Positions 50,420 to 62,333 of a stretch of DNA of 64,000 nucleotides are shown piece by piece. This stretch comes from Pseudovirgaria hyperparasitica (lineage: Eukaryota). The DNA is taken from NCBI GenBank assembly GCA_010093815.1, contig ML996565.1, one strand, 5' to 3'. The translations under genes were made by a program, and so were the position numbers. The first letter of the stretch is position 1. Every line of letters begins with the position of its first letter. The notes under the pieces were generated by a model. That model did not search any database. It worked only from the letters and a program-made list of their open reading frames with translations, and was not told the DNA's origin.

Positions 50420-50479
50420 AAGAAGAAGAAGAAGAAGAAGAAGAAGAAGAAGAAGAAGAAGAAGAAGAAGAAGAAGAAG
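50420..50479. repeat. (GAA)20 microsatellite in the USP upstream region
   Basis: Direct read. Confidence 0.95.
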
Positions 50480-51046
50480 CAAAGGATGACAGGTACAGAA
50501 AGTTGGCCAAAGGTATTTCTACAGCCCTCAAGACTGTCGTGAATAAACAGGCACACACTGATATGTACTGCGCAGCCGGCAACAGTAAATTGTTCGGAGC
50601 TCTTTTTCGACAATCAACACTTCAGCCCAGAGCAAGCGACGCGTTCGCGAATTGAGGGGCAGTAGGTGCACGGATCGCATAGTGCTGCCTGAATCCCTGC
50701 TTGGACCCCAGCTGTCGGCGGCGTGAGGTCATTCTTTGGAGTTTTAACGCTCTGAACGGATCAGTCCGGAAGTCTGAGAAGTACGCTGGCTTCACCCCAT
50801 GCATGCCCTGGAATGCCTACCTCATAAGTACCTGTTATGCCTTCACTTTAAGTTCTAGATAATTCATCATTTGGATATTGATGTCTGTACCGCCCGAGCA
50901 AGACAGATTTCCTTATGGGCATCGTCTAAACCTAGTGTCCTTCATTCACACCATCACACACGCCACATTATGATTCCACAGCAATGCATGCAGAGCTGTA
51001 ACAACCGCCAAACACAGACCTTTTTGGTCATGTTTTCGCTCCTTAT

Positions 51047-51584
51047 TCACCGCGTCTCACCATCAGATCGTTGAACGATGTTCTCACTCTTCACCAGCTT
51101 CTCGATGCCTTCTGCTACAGCCTTTGCGTCTTCTTCTGTCTTCAATTCTACTTCACTCTTACCCAGTGTGTCCAACGTGCCAAAAAGCCACAGTTCTTGT
51201 AGCTGACGCGTTAGTTGAAGAGTGTCTTCTGCTACCCGGACCTGAGGACATTATCAGCACATCTTCCATGTGACACCAGCCATGTATCAGCGTAGAAACT
51301 CTGATCAGAGATAAATTAATCCAGCCTTCTCATATATGTTAAGAAATCGATTAGGTGCTTACCAGGGCATTCGTTTCCACGCCCATCATCATCTCGACAG
51401 TGCCAGTCGTCGCCTTATCCGTGCTGTCCATAGGCAGGAGCGCAAGCATATTCTCGAACCGCCGTATATACGCCTCTGTTAGCTTGCTGACACGACCTAA
51501 ACCATTCGTCAGCCATCAAGATACCTCCATGCATTCGAAATGGCTACCATTTATTGCGTGTGCATTTCGGTTCGCCGGATTCAT
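51047..51584 (-). CDS. MED22: Mediator subunit Med22 (Srb6/Surf5 family); not in the ORF track
   Basis: Exons 51584-51548, 51496-51363, 51241-51047 give MNPANRNAHAINGRVSKL..RRFENML..VETNALVRVAEDTLQLTRQLQELWLFGTLDTL. Confidence 0.85.
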
Positions 51585-52073
51585 GATTGAATTTCGACTT
51601 GACAACCGTAGTTCCGGGGACCAAATTTGTTACAGCCAGCACAAGAACCGTACTTTAACACCTAGGTGTACAGGTCGGTGTCAGTGCATGAATTGAACGT
51701 TCAAGGGAAGGACGTGACTGTGGGATGTGCATGGTCACGTGAGCACGTTCCACCAAACCCGGTGCACGGACACCGTTTTGGTGTACCGTTCTCAGAGACT
51801 ATCACGCGCGAGTCATTCATCTCTGGATATTCAACGATTTCAGTGAATGGTGGACACGTACAGCACAGGTATTGGATTGAACTGAGTAACGGCTTCCAAT
51901 TTAGTGTTCAGACGATAAACATGAGGAGTGCTTTCGCAGACGATAAACAAAAGTAATGGAGACAACACCATCCTACGTGTAACTGTGACTCTCAGCCCTG
52001 ATAGTGAAAACGCATAATCCTATGCAGTACACAGCACTCATCAGCGGTAAGTCAACCAGTCAGGTTTGGATCC

Positions 52074-53445
52074 CTAATCGGAGTCCTCCTCCTCGGATTC
52101 GGCGGTTTCAAGCCACTTCATGAATTGATCTGCGGACTTGCGGACTTTGCGACTGGTCGACATATCCACATACTTCTTACTGGCTTTTGATCCCCAACCA
52201 GTAAAGACCTCCTCAGTAACGAGATCGTTCTCATAGTACTTCATCATGATGGCTGATACTTGGGGGATCAGGGCCGGCTTGTCAATCCCGACAAATCGCT
52301 CAGTGCCGCCAAGCAACGCCTTTTCGTGGCGCTCGGAGGTAATCATCTACGATTAAGTGAGCATTCATTCAGCAAACGAGATGCGTGAATCTGACCTTCT
52401 TTAGCATACCAGCGCGGCTGTCAATTTGTTTGACGATGCCTTCGTCAAAGATAGTCTGCGCCAGAACGGTAAGAGTCTTGTACTTCTTCTCAATACCAAA
52501 TTCCTTTGCCTTGACATAGATGTCCACATCTTTCACCTTAGCAACGCCTCCTTTGCCTTCAGCCTCCTTGATAATCCAGCTGCCTAGTTGGTCGTACACA
52601 TTGTTTCCGCCTTCCTCGTCATCTTCATCACCTCCATTGGCGATGACAGTGCGCTTCAAATCGTCAGCGAGCTGATCCGCGCGAGCTTTGACTGCAGCCT
52701 CGGACGTATCGACTGTCCATTCGACCTCCTTATTCTCCTCGATTTCGATGTTCTTGGCCTCGCTATTGATGCGACGAGTCAATTCGTCGTCGCTGTTGGC
52801 CTCGACCTCAACATCGCCATTCTCTTCCGCGTTATCGGAGTTGCTATCGTGTGGAGAACCGTCATTTGATCCTTCCTCGTGTTCATGCTGTTCGCGCTCT
52901 TTACGAGCCTTGCGTTCGGCCTTCTTGTTGGACTTGTCCTTCTTGCCTTTCTTTGGGGCTTGCTTGAGAATAAAGGAACTGAGCTTCTGGCGAAGGTCTA
53001 CGTCGGAGCGCTCGCCACAGGCCTTACATTTGAGGATGATACGACCTTCTGGGAAGGACATGTCAGTCTCAGGGTTCTTGCACTTCTTGCATAGCACGAA
53101 TTTATTGATGAATCCGTCCAGATGATCTTGGAGCTTGCTGGCCTCATGGGCGCCATTGATGATCCATCGGTCATCCGAAGGATTGGTGTTGGTCTGGGCA
53201 CCAAGCTCGAAGCCAAAGTATTTGATGATATCTGGTGGTGATGAAGTCAGCGAAACTCGGGAAGGAAGGGGGTGGTTGGGTCACTTACGGCCAGGCTCAC
53301 GAGCAAGAGAGTGGGCAACGCTGCTCAAGTTGACTATAACAGTCTTGATGCCATTACCTTTGCCCTCAATCTTGGACTGGATGCGTTCCATCTTGTAGCG
53401 GTAGAAGGGGTCGGAAATATCCCGACGAATGTTGACGGTAGCCAT
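52074..53445 (-). CDS. TIF5: Translation initiation factor eIF5
   Basis: [35 protein letters not shown], zinc motif CKKC..CKAC, W2 domain [12 protein letters not shown]. Introns 53232-53288 and 52347-52395. Confidence 0.97.
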
Positions 53446-53733
53446 GATTGCAATATGACGGAGAGAGAACTAGAGTTAACAAGAGGATAGCGGACGTGAC
53501 AGCTGAGGAAGTTCGGAGAACACGGTTTCGGGTAGCAAAGACATGCAGTAGACAATACTACTACGTGCTGGGGTTTCGGGAGTAGTCTTGAAGGCAGGAC
53601 GTTGTAAGGTGAGTGTAATGAAGGGTTACCCGTTGACGAGATGAGGATGACTGGGCGGTTTTTTCGATATACGAAATGATTGCAGCTTGAGCGGCGGTTC
53701 GTGTCTGAAAGCGTTCGCGGGAGACGAATACAT
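53334..53733 (-). promoter_or_regulatory. Poor-context upstream AUG/uORF of eIF5
   Basis: TTTATGT at 53733 and TGCATGT at 53544, versus the strong main ATCATGG. Overlap with the CDS depends on an inferred leader intron 53470-53629. Confidence 0.55.
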
Positions 53734-54685
53734 AAACCGCAATATTCGATATCTTCTGGCGTGTACTGTTGGTTGGTCCTGGGGGTGCAGATAGGAGGAC
53801 GGAGAGTGGCGAGGACGAAATTGCCGCTCTCTATTGATATGCGATATTCGATGTGAGACACAGGGTGGATGGATGGATGGATGGATGTATAGTTGTAGCT
53901 ATAAGGCTAGGATGGTTGACACACAGAGAGTGTATTGAGCAGTGGTTGAAAAGTCGAGTGGGAAGATTTTGGGGGGGATGTGGTGAAGAAGGAGAGGGAG
54001 GGCGGATGTGGAAAGCAATTAGTAGTAGTGGTATTGTTTTAGGCGACGCACCTGGCTCGTGCGGCGGACACTCACTGGGCGGAGGGCGACAAGGGAAAGT
54101 TTGAACCTGGAAGGGGGACAAAGCAACTATCTTTTCTCTTTTCTCTTTTCTCTTCTCTCCGCCGGCTGACAACCATTCACCTGCCACACGTGTGGTGTTT
54201 ACTAAGGAGTGTCTTGCTCCGCTACGCTATTACATAGGACAATCAGCCTCTTCCTACAGCTGCTTGTGAAAGGCCATCATCATTTGCCGCCCGTTGATGC
54301 TTGCTGTTCGCGCATGCAGTTGCGTAAACTCCGGGTATCGCTGCATGTTTTCTCGCTTGTTTGCTGTTACCATCAGCACACGTATCTTCTAGGGACTGAG
54401 TCTGCGGCTACCTTACACCGCTGGGTGGTTCTGCTTGCACATAGTAAGGAGAGTAGGTTCGACTTTAATGGCGATTCGTACTGGTCGACTTCTCGGAATG
54501 CGCTGCTTTTCATCAAGACTGCTCATACAGCATATGCCTCTTGAATGGACTACTAGATACATAGTATCGTCGTGGCCACGTTTGTGATGTCAGTCCAATG
54601 GTCTAATTTGCGCCCGTGACCCACCAGCACAAAGACGCCTTGTTTCGCTCTTTCTTCTCTGCATCATCTCAATACAGCATTTGCC

Positions 54686-56386
54686 ATGAAGGTCGACTAT
54701 TCTTTGTACTTGGTCACTGACTCAACCCAAGGAATTCTTGGTGATCGGGATTTGACATCTGTCGTCCAGGCTGCCGTGGAGGGAGGCAAGTCGGAAGCCC
54801 CTCCTCGTCTTAGCCGCAATTCTGATCGGGTCTCGTAGGCGTCACCGTCGTTCAATATCGCGACAAGACTTCAGGTACTGCAGAGCTGATACGGACAGCC
54901 AAGAAGCTGCACCAGGTCACAAAGGCTGCCTCCATTCCATTGTTGATTAATGATCGCCTCGACGTTGCCCTTGCTATGGGCGCCGAAGGCGTCCACATCG
55001 GACAAGACGATATTGGTGTGCATAATCTAGCTGTTTCTTTCTGTATGCATTCTGACTATTTCAAGACCTGCCAACGGCGCGTAGACTCTTAGGAAAAGCC
55101 GCCATCATCGGCGTGACTGCTAATTCGGTCCAAGAAGCCGTCAAAGCCGTCGAAGATGGAGCAGACTACTTAGGCATAGGAACAGTATATGCTACGCCAA
55201 CGTGAGTGACCTCATCCATGCAGAGAAGTTTACTAAGGGATATTAAAGGAAAGAGGATACAAAGTCAATCATCGGACCTGCTGGAGTTCGAGACATTTTG
55301 ACTGAAATTGCCGCTATCAGCGACAATGTTGCTACAGTTTGCATCGGAGGCATTAATGCGTCCAATATACAGCGAGTCCTGTACCAATCGCAATCAAGGC
55401 TTAATTCCCTGGATGGAGTCGCTGTAGTCAGTGCCATAATGGCCTCAAGCGACCCTACAGGAGCGGCACGAACCCTGAGGAGCCTAATCGCAACACAACC
55501 TCTCTTCGCAACCATACAAGCATCCAATGCTCTCATAACCAACGTCGTCAAGATAGAAGGTCCTAGAATCATCCAAGCCCTGGTTACTCAATCACCACTA
55601 TGTCACAACATGACCAATTTGGTCGTCCAGAACTTCGCCGCCAATGTTGCCCTCGCCATTGGCGCAAGCCCTATCATGTCCAACAATGGCGCCGAGGCCG
55701 CGGATTTAGCAAAACTAGGTGGGTCGCTCGTCGTAAACATGGGAACCGTGACTTCTGACGGTCTATCCAACTATCTGCAAGCCCTCCGCGCATACAACGC
55801 TGTCGGTGGGCCCACTCTTTTCGATCCTGTTGGCGCCGGTGCAACGCAGCAGCGCCGTGACGCGGTCAAGACACTGATGGCAGGAGGGTATTTCGACGTC
55901 ATAAAAGGAAACGAGGGAGAGATCAAGACTGTGGCAGGAATGGCTGGTGCACAGCAGCGAGGTGTGGATAGTGGTGCAAGCACGCTAAGTCTCGAGGAGA
56001 AGGCGAGGCTCGTTCAACAGCTTGCTACGAGAGAACGGAACATAGTTCTAATGACTGGAAAAGTCGATGTGATCAGTGATGGCCGTCGGACGTATGCGAT
56101 CTCTAACGGGCATGAGCTCTTGGGTAGTATCACTGGGAGTGGATGCACGCTTGGTACGACTATCGCGTCTGTCCTTGCTGTGCATAGATCCGACAAGCTC
56201 CTGGCTGCTGTTACCGGAATCTTACTATATGAGATTGCTGCTGAACAGGCTGTATCTTGTGGAAATGCCCATGGGCCCGGCACGTTCATACCTGCGTTTT
56301 TGGATAGACTATACCATATCAGGACCGTTGACGTACCAGCTGGAACAGGGTTTGAGAACGCAAAGATTAAAAATATTATTGCGTAG
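54686..56386 (+). CDS. THI6: Bifunctional thiamine-phosphate synthase / hydroxyethylthiazole kinase
   Basis: MKVDYSLYLVTDS..GGVTVVQYRDK, LINDRLDVA, GVHIGQDD, TPTK, HNMTNLVVQN, IKGNEGEI, ITGSGCTLG. Introns 54786-54838 (GC-AG), 55016-55065, 55202-55248. Confidence 0.95.
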
Positions 56387-58848
56387 TACAGTGTTCTGAC
56401 AACTGCTTTGAGCCAGTCATTATACTTCGCGTGTCATATGTGCATGGAGACTCGCATCACTGACCCCTACGTACCGTACCATGAACCAACACACCTCAAC
56501 GACCAGACTCCGCTCATCGTCTATTGCATTGCATTCACTTGTCTCTGCCCGTCAGGGCAACTGAAATACGGCCTGTTGGCTACGAGATAGATGACCAGCA
56601 TTGGTCAGAGTATTGTGTGTTTCGCAAGCCCATGCGTTTAGAGCGAAAGACCCCTTCCATTGTTTAGTACATGGAACCTGGTCGACAGTCTAGGCCAGGA
56701 GAAGGTATACAATATTCACTAGCTAATCGAAACACAGTGTATACTGCCTAGCCCGCGTATACTGCAAACTAGCCATAATATACATAGAACAAAACGCCAT
56801 CGTGGGAAAATTATGGTGACTGTCGGATGAAGATCACGGAGTAGCATAGGGTATGAGTGTAGATTTTAGGTATTGTGGGAAAACATCTGCCAAATCATCA
56901 ATCGAAGAAACAAAAATGCTTCGGGAATCAGGTCTTCGCACAATCTACGGTGTATGAGTGTCGCGGGTGAAGTGAGGAAGGGAAACCTAAAGAGCATTGT
57001 TTTCTTGCAACTCGCAATGACATCAAAGGAGGCCACGTAGGTTCTATTTTGCCATCTGTTGACTAATAGAAGAGTGTTTAGGGAAAGGGAAAACGTTTTT
57101 TGTATAATGTGGAGCCTCCCAAAAAGCTACAAAGGGTAAGGAGATGGAACAGGGTACTAGGGATTGTCATCGATACAGTCTACAACGCCCCCTGATTGGG
57201 TATCTGTCGGGTCTTGGCCACGTTTCTAGCCTCACCTTACAGCTTCAAAATTGTACTCTGTGAGCTGATATATAGCAACCTCAGTGTAACTGACATGGGG
57301 GATACATAGACTATGACTGACATCTTGCGACTCAGATCAACACTACAGTATTGATTGTGCACAGGGGGGGAAGCTGACTCTATCTTGGAAGCAGGACACT
57401 GCCAGAGAACAATACAGAACACAAGCCAGATAAACCATAGTTTTGATTGCAAGTACGTATCTTTTCAGCTCAACCCAATCTTCTTCTGTGATGTACTCTA
57501 GACTCATTTCCAACCTAGAGACGCGTAACCTATCATTTAGTCGAATTTGACAGGGAAATAGAATTAGCCAGAGAAACCAATGTAATAGTAAAAAGGTAGT
57601 ATACACTGATAACCACAAGTAGAAAATTCATTTTATCTACAATCTAGCACTTCCTGGGTTCCCAAGCAGTCAAGTGCTGTATCACGTCCCACCCACAACC
57701 TCACATCCTTTCCCAGTTTTTTACTTCTTTACACTCTGAAAAGGACCAGGAAAATCACTCCCACACATATCTCAGCATGGGAAGGAATGCAATGAACACG
57801 TAGGAGTCATACCTGTGTTGGCAACGTCTCGTCCCCACTGTCGCACTAATTCCTCTGATGAACACCAACTTCAGAATCTTACGAAAACTATTTCGAACAT
57901 GTCTCGCATTCTAGCATCAAGCGCTAATGGAGGCGTCTTGAAGACTCATATATGCTACACGTACGTCACCCCTGAGCAGAGAGGAAAGTATTGGAAAATT
58001 GAGTGCGTCGGAATTGAGCGGCTTTGTGGCGCAGGTTGAGGGAATGACGGAAGATCGAGTATGCAATAGTAAAAGCGAATGACTGGCCTAGAGGTCATTG
58101 ATCAGCGTATCCGTGTCTTGCCGAGAGTATAAGTTTGCAACATGATACATAAGAACCAGACGAAATGCACAGTCTAAGGTCGCATGTTTTTCTTTAGCTT
58201 GCTTAATTTGCATTCTGCTCTATCTGGGCACAAGTAAGACATGCACTATGCCCACCCCCTCAGTCTTTTCACAGGAACTTTCGAAAACAGCGGCGACAGA
58301 CCCTCGTGTACAGTATAAGTCATATGTAGGCCTTCCAAGACCAGCCACCTGCACCAGCACCACAGGTTCGAGATCAGAAGAATACACGGACACAAATACA
58401 AGCAATACAACAGGCCATAAAGAGCTCGAACTCCCCCGAAACACCGAGCCACCGTATTTGAGTGACAATAATGCAAAAGTGAGTGAAATGTATCGACCAC
58501 AAGAAACATTCTCAAGCGAGTGACGGGAACATCAAGGATATCCTTCAAGGCTACTCAACATGTATGCAGGAAGTAAAGAAATCAAGTGTGTTGCAGATTG
58601 CAATCACGACAGCCAGTGTCGGAGAGCAATATTTCCCGCCGTGACAGTCGTTATATTCGGTCTCGTCTCAAGGACCATATGCAAATCGAAATCTGCTTGG
58701 GAAACATACGAGATCGAAATACGCTCGCTCAAGTGATAAGTTCGATCTGTGGTTATCGTTTACTGCCAATGAACAGATGGAAGAAGTCTGCGCTCCTGTG
58801 AGAGCTATGCTACGGTATGGCTCACGAGAACGCTGAGCTGAGTTGCTT

Positions 58849-61800
58849 TTAGCGCTGGATCGTATTAGTTCACAACTTTTGAATCATGAGAGGAGCCAAC
58901 TTACACGTCCCCTACGCCCAGTGGCTATAGGTTGCTGGGGTTGCTGTTGTATATATGGATTTTGATACTGTTGATACATTGGGTTCATCATTGGGTTGTA
59001 TCCTGCCTGAGAGAAACCTCCATTGGGCTGAACCATCGATGCTGGCATGCCTGGTGCTCCGAAGCCGTTATTGACTCGAAAATTGCCCATAGTGGGAGCA
59101 GTAGCACCGAAGCCGTTCATATGTGGGAATCCACCTCGAGCAGCTAGCATAGCCTGCTGATATTGTAGTTGCTGGGGGGTTGATTGCATTGCATTTTGAG
59201 CAAACATTGGATTCCCATTCATCTGGAACTGGTCGACGCCATTGGAGTCCATGCTGCCAGTACGCTGGAGGCCAACATTGGTATCATAGGACATCTGTGC
59301 CATTCCCGGAAAGAACTGGCGGTTGGCGTCGTTCCCACCAGGTGCTTGGACATGTTCTGCCTGTCTTGAGCCGGGTCGCGAGCCCTCAGCGCCCCTGGCT
59401 GCAGAATGATCGCGCGTACCTCGAGTAGATAGGTTCACCTCGTCCATCAAACGCTTGTAGCCTTGTGCAGGTTGTGCTTTGATGCGAATGAGAACAGTAC
59501 GAACATTCTGTACTACATCCGGTCGGATCTTCTCGTCAAAAAATGGTGTTGTCAGTACCTTGAAGATCAAAGTGGCGCCACATGCTTGGTCGCTAAGAAT
59601 GTCCTCCAAGACTTGATCGTTTTGTGAGAAGAATAATGCTTTCAAGATGGTATCACGGGCTTCAGGCTCATTTCGTTGGTTGATAATCTTCAGAACAGTC
59701 AGATATGCGACCTTGTGAGTGCAAAGATGTACGAGGTGTGGAACCAGTCGAGGCGCGAGGACTGTCCGTCGTCGTGGGAAAGTACAGGTATCAAGAAACC
59801 AGGTCAATAACAGAGCACCATTAGCATTGGTAGCCAATTGTACACTGTGCAGCGCGATAGCAGCGGCGATCATCCTCTGCTGATCTTTAGTGGCATAGTG
59901 ACTTTCAAGGCAAGCGCGCATTGCTCTTGCGCCGAAACGACCTTGAGCAAGCTCCCACAAACGACTGAGCATAACATCAAAGATGAATTGGTTGAGAGGG
60001 AACGAGTATCTCAGGCAGCCCTGCATGACGTAGTTTCCAAACTGATCCAGAAAAAGCGTCACGCCGTAATTCCGAAGACTGTCGACGACCATTTTCATAA
60101 GCTCAGGAGTTCGGGCGACGTCAATGATCTTTTGCGCCGCCCAAGTGCCATTTTTGTGAATTCCGATTTCAGCTAGGTGTGGTGCGATCTCGCGCAACAT
60201 AGCTTCTTTCGTGCTCTCAGAGCAATACTCAAATAGCTTCTGGACCACTGTGTTGCCCAAGTAATCGGAGGACAGCTCGGCAATTTCAGGCAGCATATTC
60301 ATGGCCACCTCTTCGATTTCGGGCTGAGAGCAGGACTGATTGTCGATTCGCTTGCGTATTTCGCGGAGTCGGGGAGCATCGTGAATACGGTTATGATTTG
60401 GTTCTGTACCGGGAGAGATTTCCTTGATCTGCTCATCATTCTGGATAGCTGTATCGACTGCAACGGCGATTCGTGTCTGTTCCTCGTCGTTCGCTCCAAG
60501 GTCCTTCACTATGTCGATAATATCGTCTCGAATATCGGGAAGCTTAGGAGTCGTTAGCGGAGCGGCTGTTGCGTCTAAATTGATTCGGTCAACCTGGCCT
60601 TGGACAGTGATATTGCCATTATTAGAGGTAACATTATCAGCTTGCCCTTGAGCCTGTGGATCAGGAGATGGAGATGGGTATACACCGTTGTTGCCAGGTG
60701 TGACAGATGCACTCTGAACCTTGGCATAGCCAATCCGGACAGGACCAGCGCCAGGGAATATCTCTTTCCCATTGAGCTGTTGCTTCGCTCGAATAGCACT
60801 CTCAAGGTTCTCGAAGTTGACGAACCCACAATTCTTGTGCGTAAGAACCCTTGTGGATTCGATGGAACCATAATTGCTGAAGATGACATTCAGAGATGAT
60901 ACGGTGGTAGATGAAGGGATGTTTCCGAGCCAAAGTGCTCTAGTGGGACCTTCCAGGTTGGTTTCGTCACCAACAAGCTCAGGCTTCCCACCCAGTTGCA
61001 TACCATGCACAGCTTCAGCAAGACCGGTATATTCCACGTCTTCGGAAAAATCACCAGCATTCATGCTGTTTTCGAGCCTCGAGGAAGTTGGCAAGTAATT
61101 GCGCATAAGGCGAGTCGGAGTGTCTAAAATGCCAGCAGTCCTAGCACGAGGTCGGTTTTGGCTGGCAAAATTGGCAAACGCTTGCACTTCGAGGTTGTGC
61201 TGTCTGACTGCCTCATTTAAGGCCATTGCCTCGGCAGCTGGAGTCATTTGTCCGCTGTAACCGCCATATTCCATCTCCTCGAGCTCGTCGTCTGCGTACT
61301 TCTCCTTCGCGTTGACAGAATATGATCGAAAACGGCTATTTTGAAGATTAGCACTAGCTGAACGTTGCTGCTCTAGAAGCATCTCAATATCAGAAGGCGC
61401 TAGAGTAGGCCTAAGTTGCTGTGGGGTTTCGGCAAGGCCGAGATAATCTAATGTCTTCACGTCGTTGTCGACCATCGAATCTCTGGAGAAGTGAGATTGG
61501 GCTGGAGACGTTGGTGCGTTCGAGGACTGAATGCTGTGCAGAGTGCTTGAACGATTGCGTGCACTTGTATACATATTGAGACCTAGCGCGGACCCAAATG
61601 GACTCGGATTGTTTGTCATGAGATTGGGCCTTTGAGGCATGGAACCTGATCTCAGTCTGGCCAAGTATGCATTCACATCTTTCGTGTTGGGAGCTAGATT
61701 CTGGAGGAAAACTGAGGTCTCGGTGGGAGTCCCTGGCCCCTGCTGAAATGGACTCGTAGAGGGTGTCGGACGAGAAGTCTTAGGGGGGAGTGTAGGGTAG

Positions 61801-62333
61801 GCTGAGAGCCCGGGGATGTTTCCGCCAGGCGAAAATCGAGATGGCAGAGTTCCCGCACGAGTACGCTGACGAGCCGGTTGTGGCACATGGCCATCTGAGA
61901 TTGATGTGGCATTGAAGTCTGGGAAGCTGTCGGTGTTTGGAGATTCTGGAATCGTCTCACGTAGAGGAGTAGAATGTCCACTGGTTGGAGGACCCCATAT
62001 CTGTGGGCCTAAACCTTCTTGCGCTTGGATCTCACGAGCACTCGCAGCTAGTCAGCAGAAGCGACTAGAAGGAATGAATATAGAGACTTACCGTTTGGAG
62101 AACAAGCGACTACCATATTCATGAGATGGGGAGCCAGCCCCTAATCTCATGCTAGGAGCTGTGCTGCCAAGGCTAGTGTTGCTCCCGCTACTCATTTGAA
62201 ACCGAGTGGAACTCCCAATAGAAGGGTCTGTGGGTGACGTGCTACCAGTCGAGGTCCCTGAGCGAGGTTGGGAGCCAAGCTGGGGAATATAGTTGAGGTT
62301 GATGGGTTGCTCAGAACGCGACGTTGGAGCCAT
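58849..62333 (-). CDS. Jsn1/Puf2-like RNA-binding protein (RRM + Pumilio repeats)
   Basis: RRM TRALWLGNIP..KNCGFVNF..VRIGYAK; PUF repeats YLGNTVVQK, KNGTWAAQK, QFGNYVMQG, RFGARAMRA. Exons 62333-62092, 62040-58905, 58854-58849. Confidence 0.93.

Noticed and set aside
51242..51362. C/D snoRNA in the long Med22 intron (two CTGA boxes; CAGAGTTTC could pair with an LSU rRNA segment)
   Set aside because: There is no proper RTGATGA C box or terminal stem, and the pairing is short. A snoscan or Rfam search would settle it.
54200..55250. TPP riboswitch at THI6
   Set aside because: No CTGAGA plus CTGAT..TAAT..GCG..GGA aptamer core is visible, and the introns are only ~50 nt.
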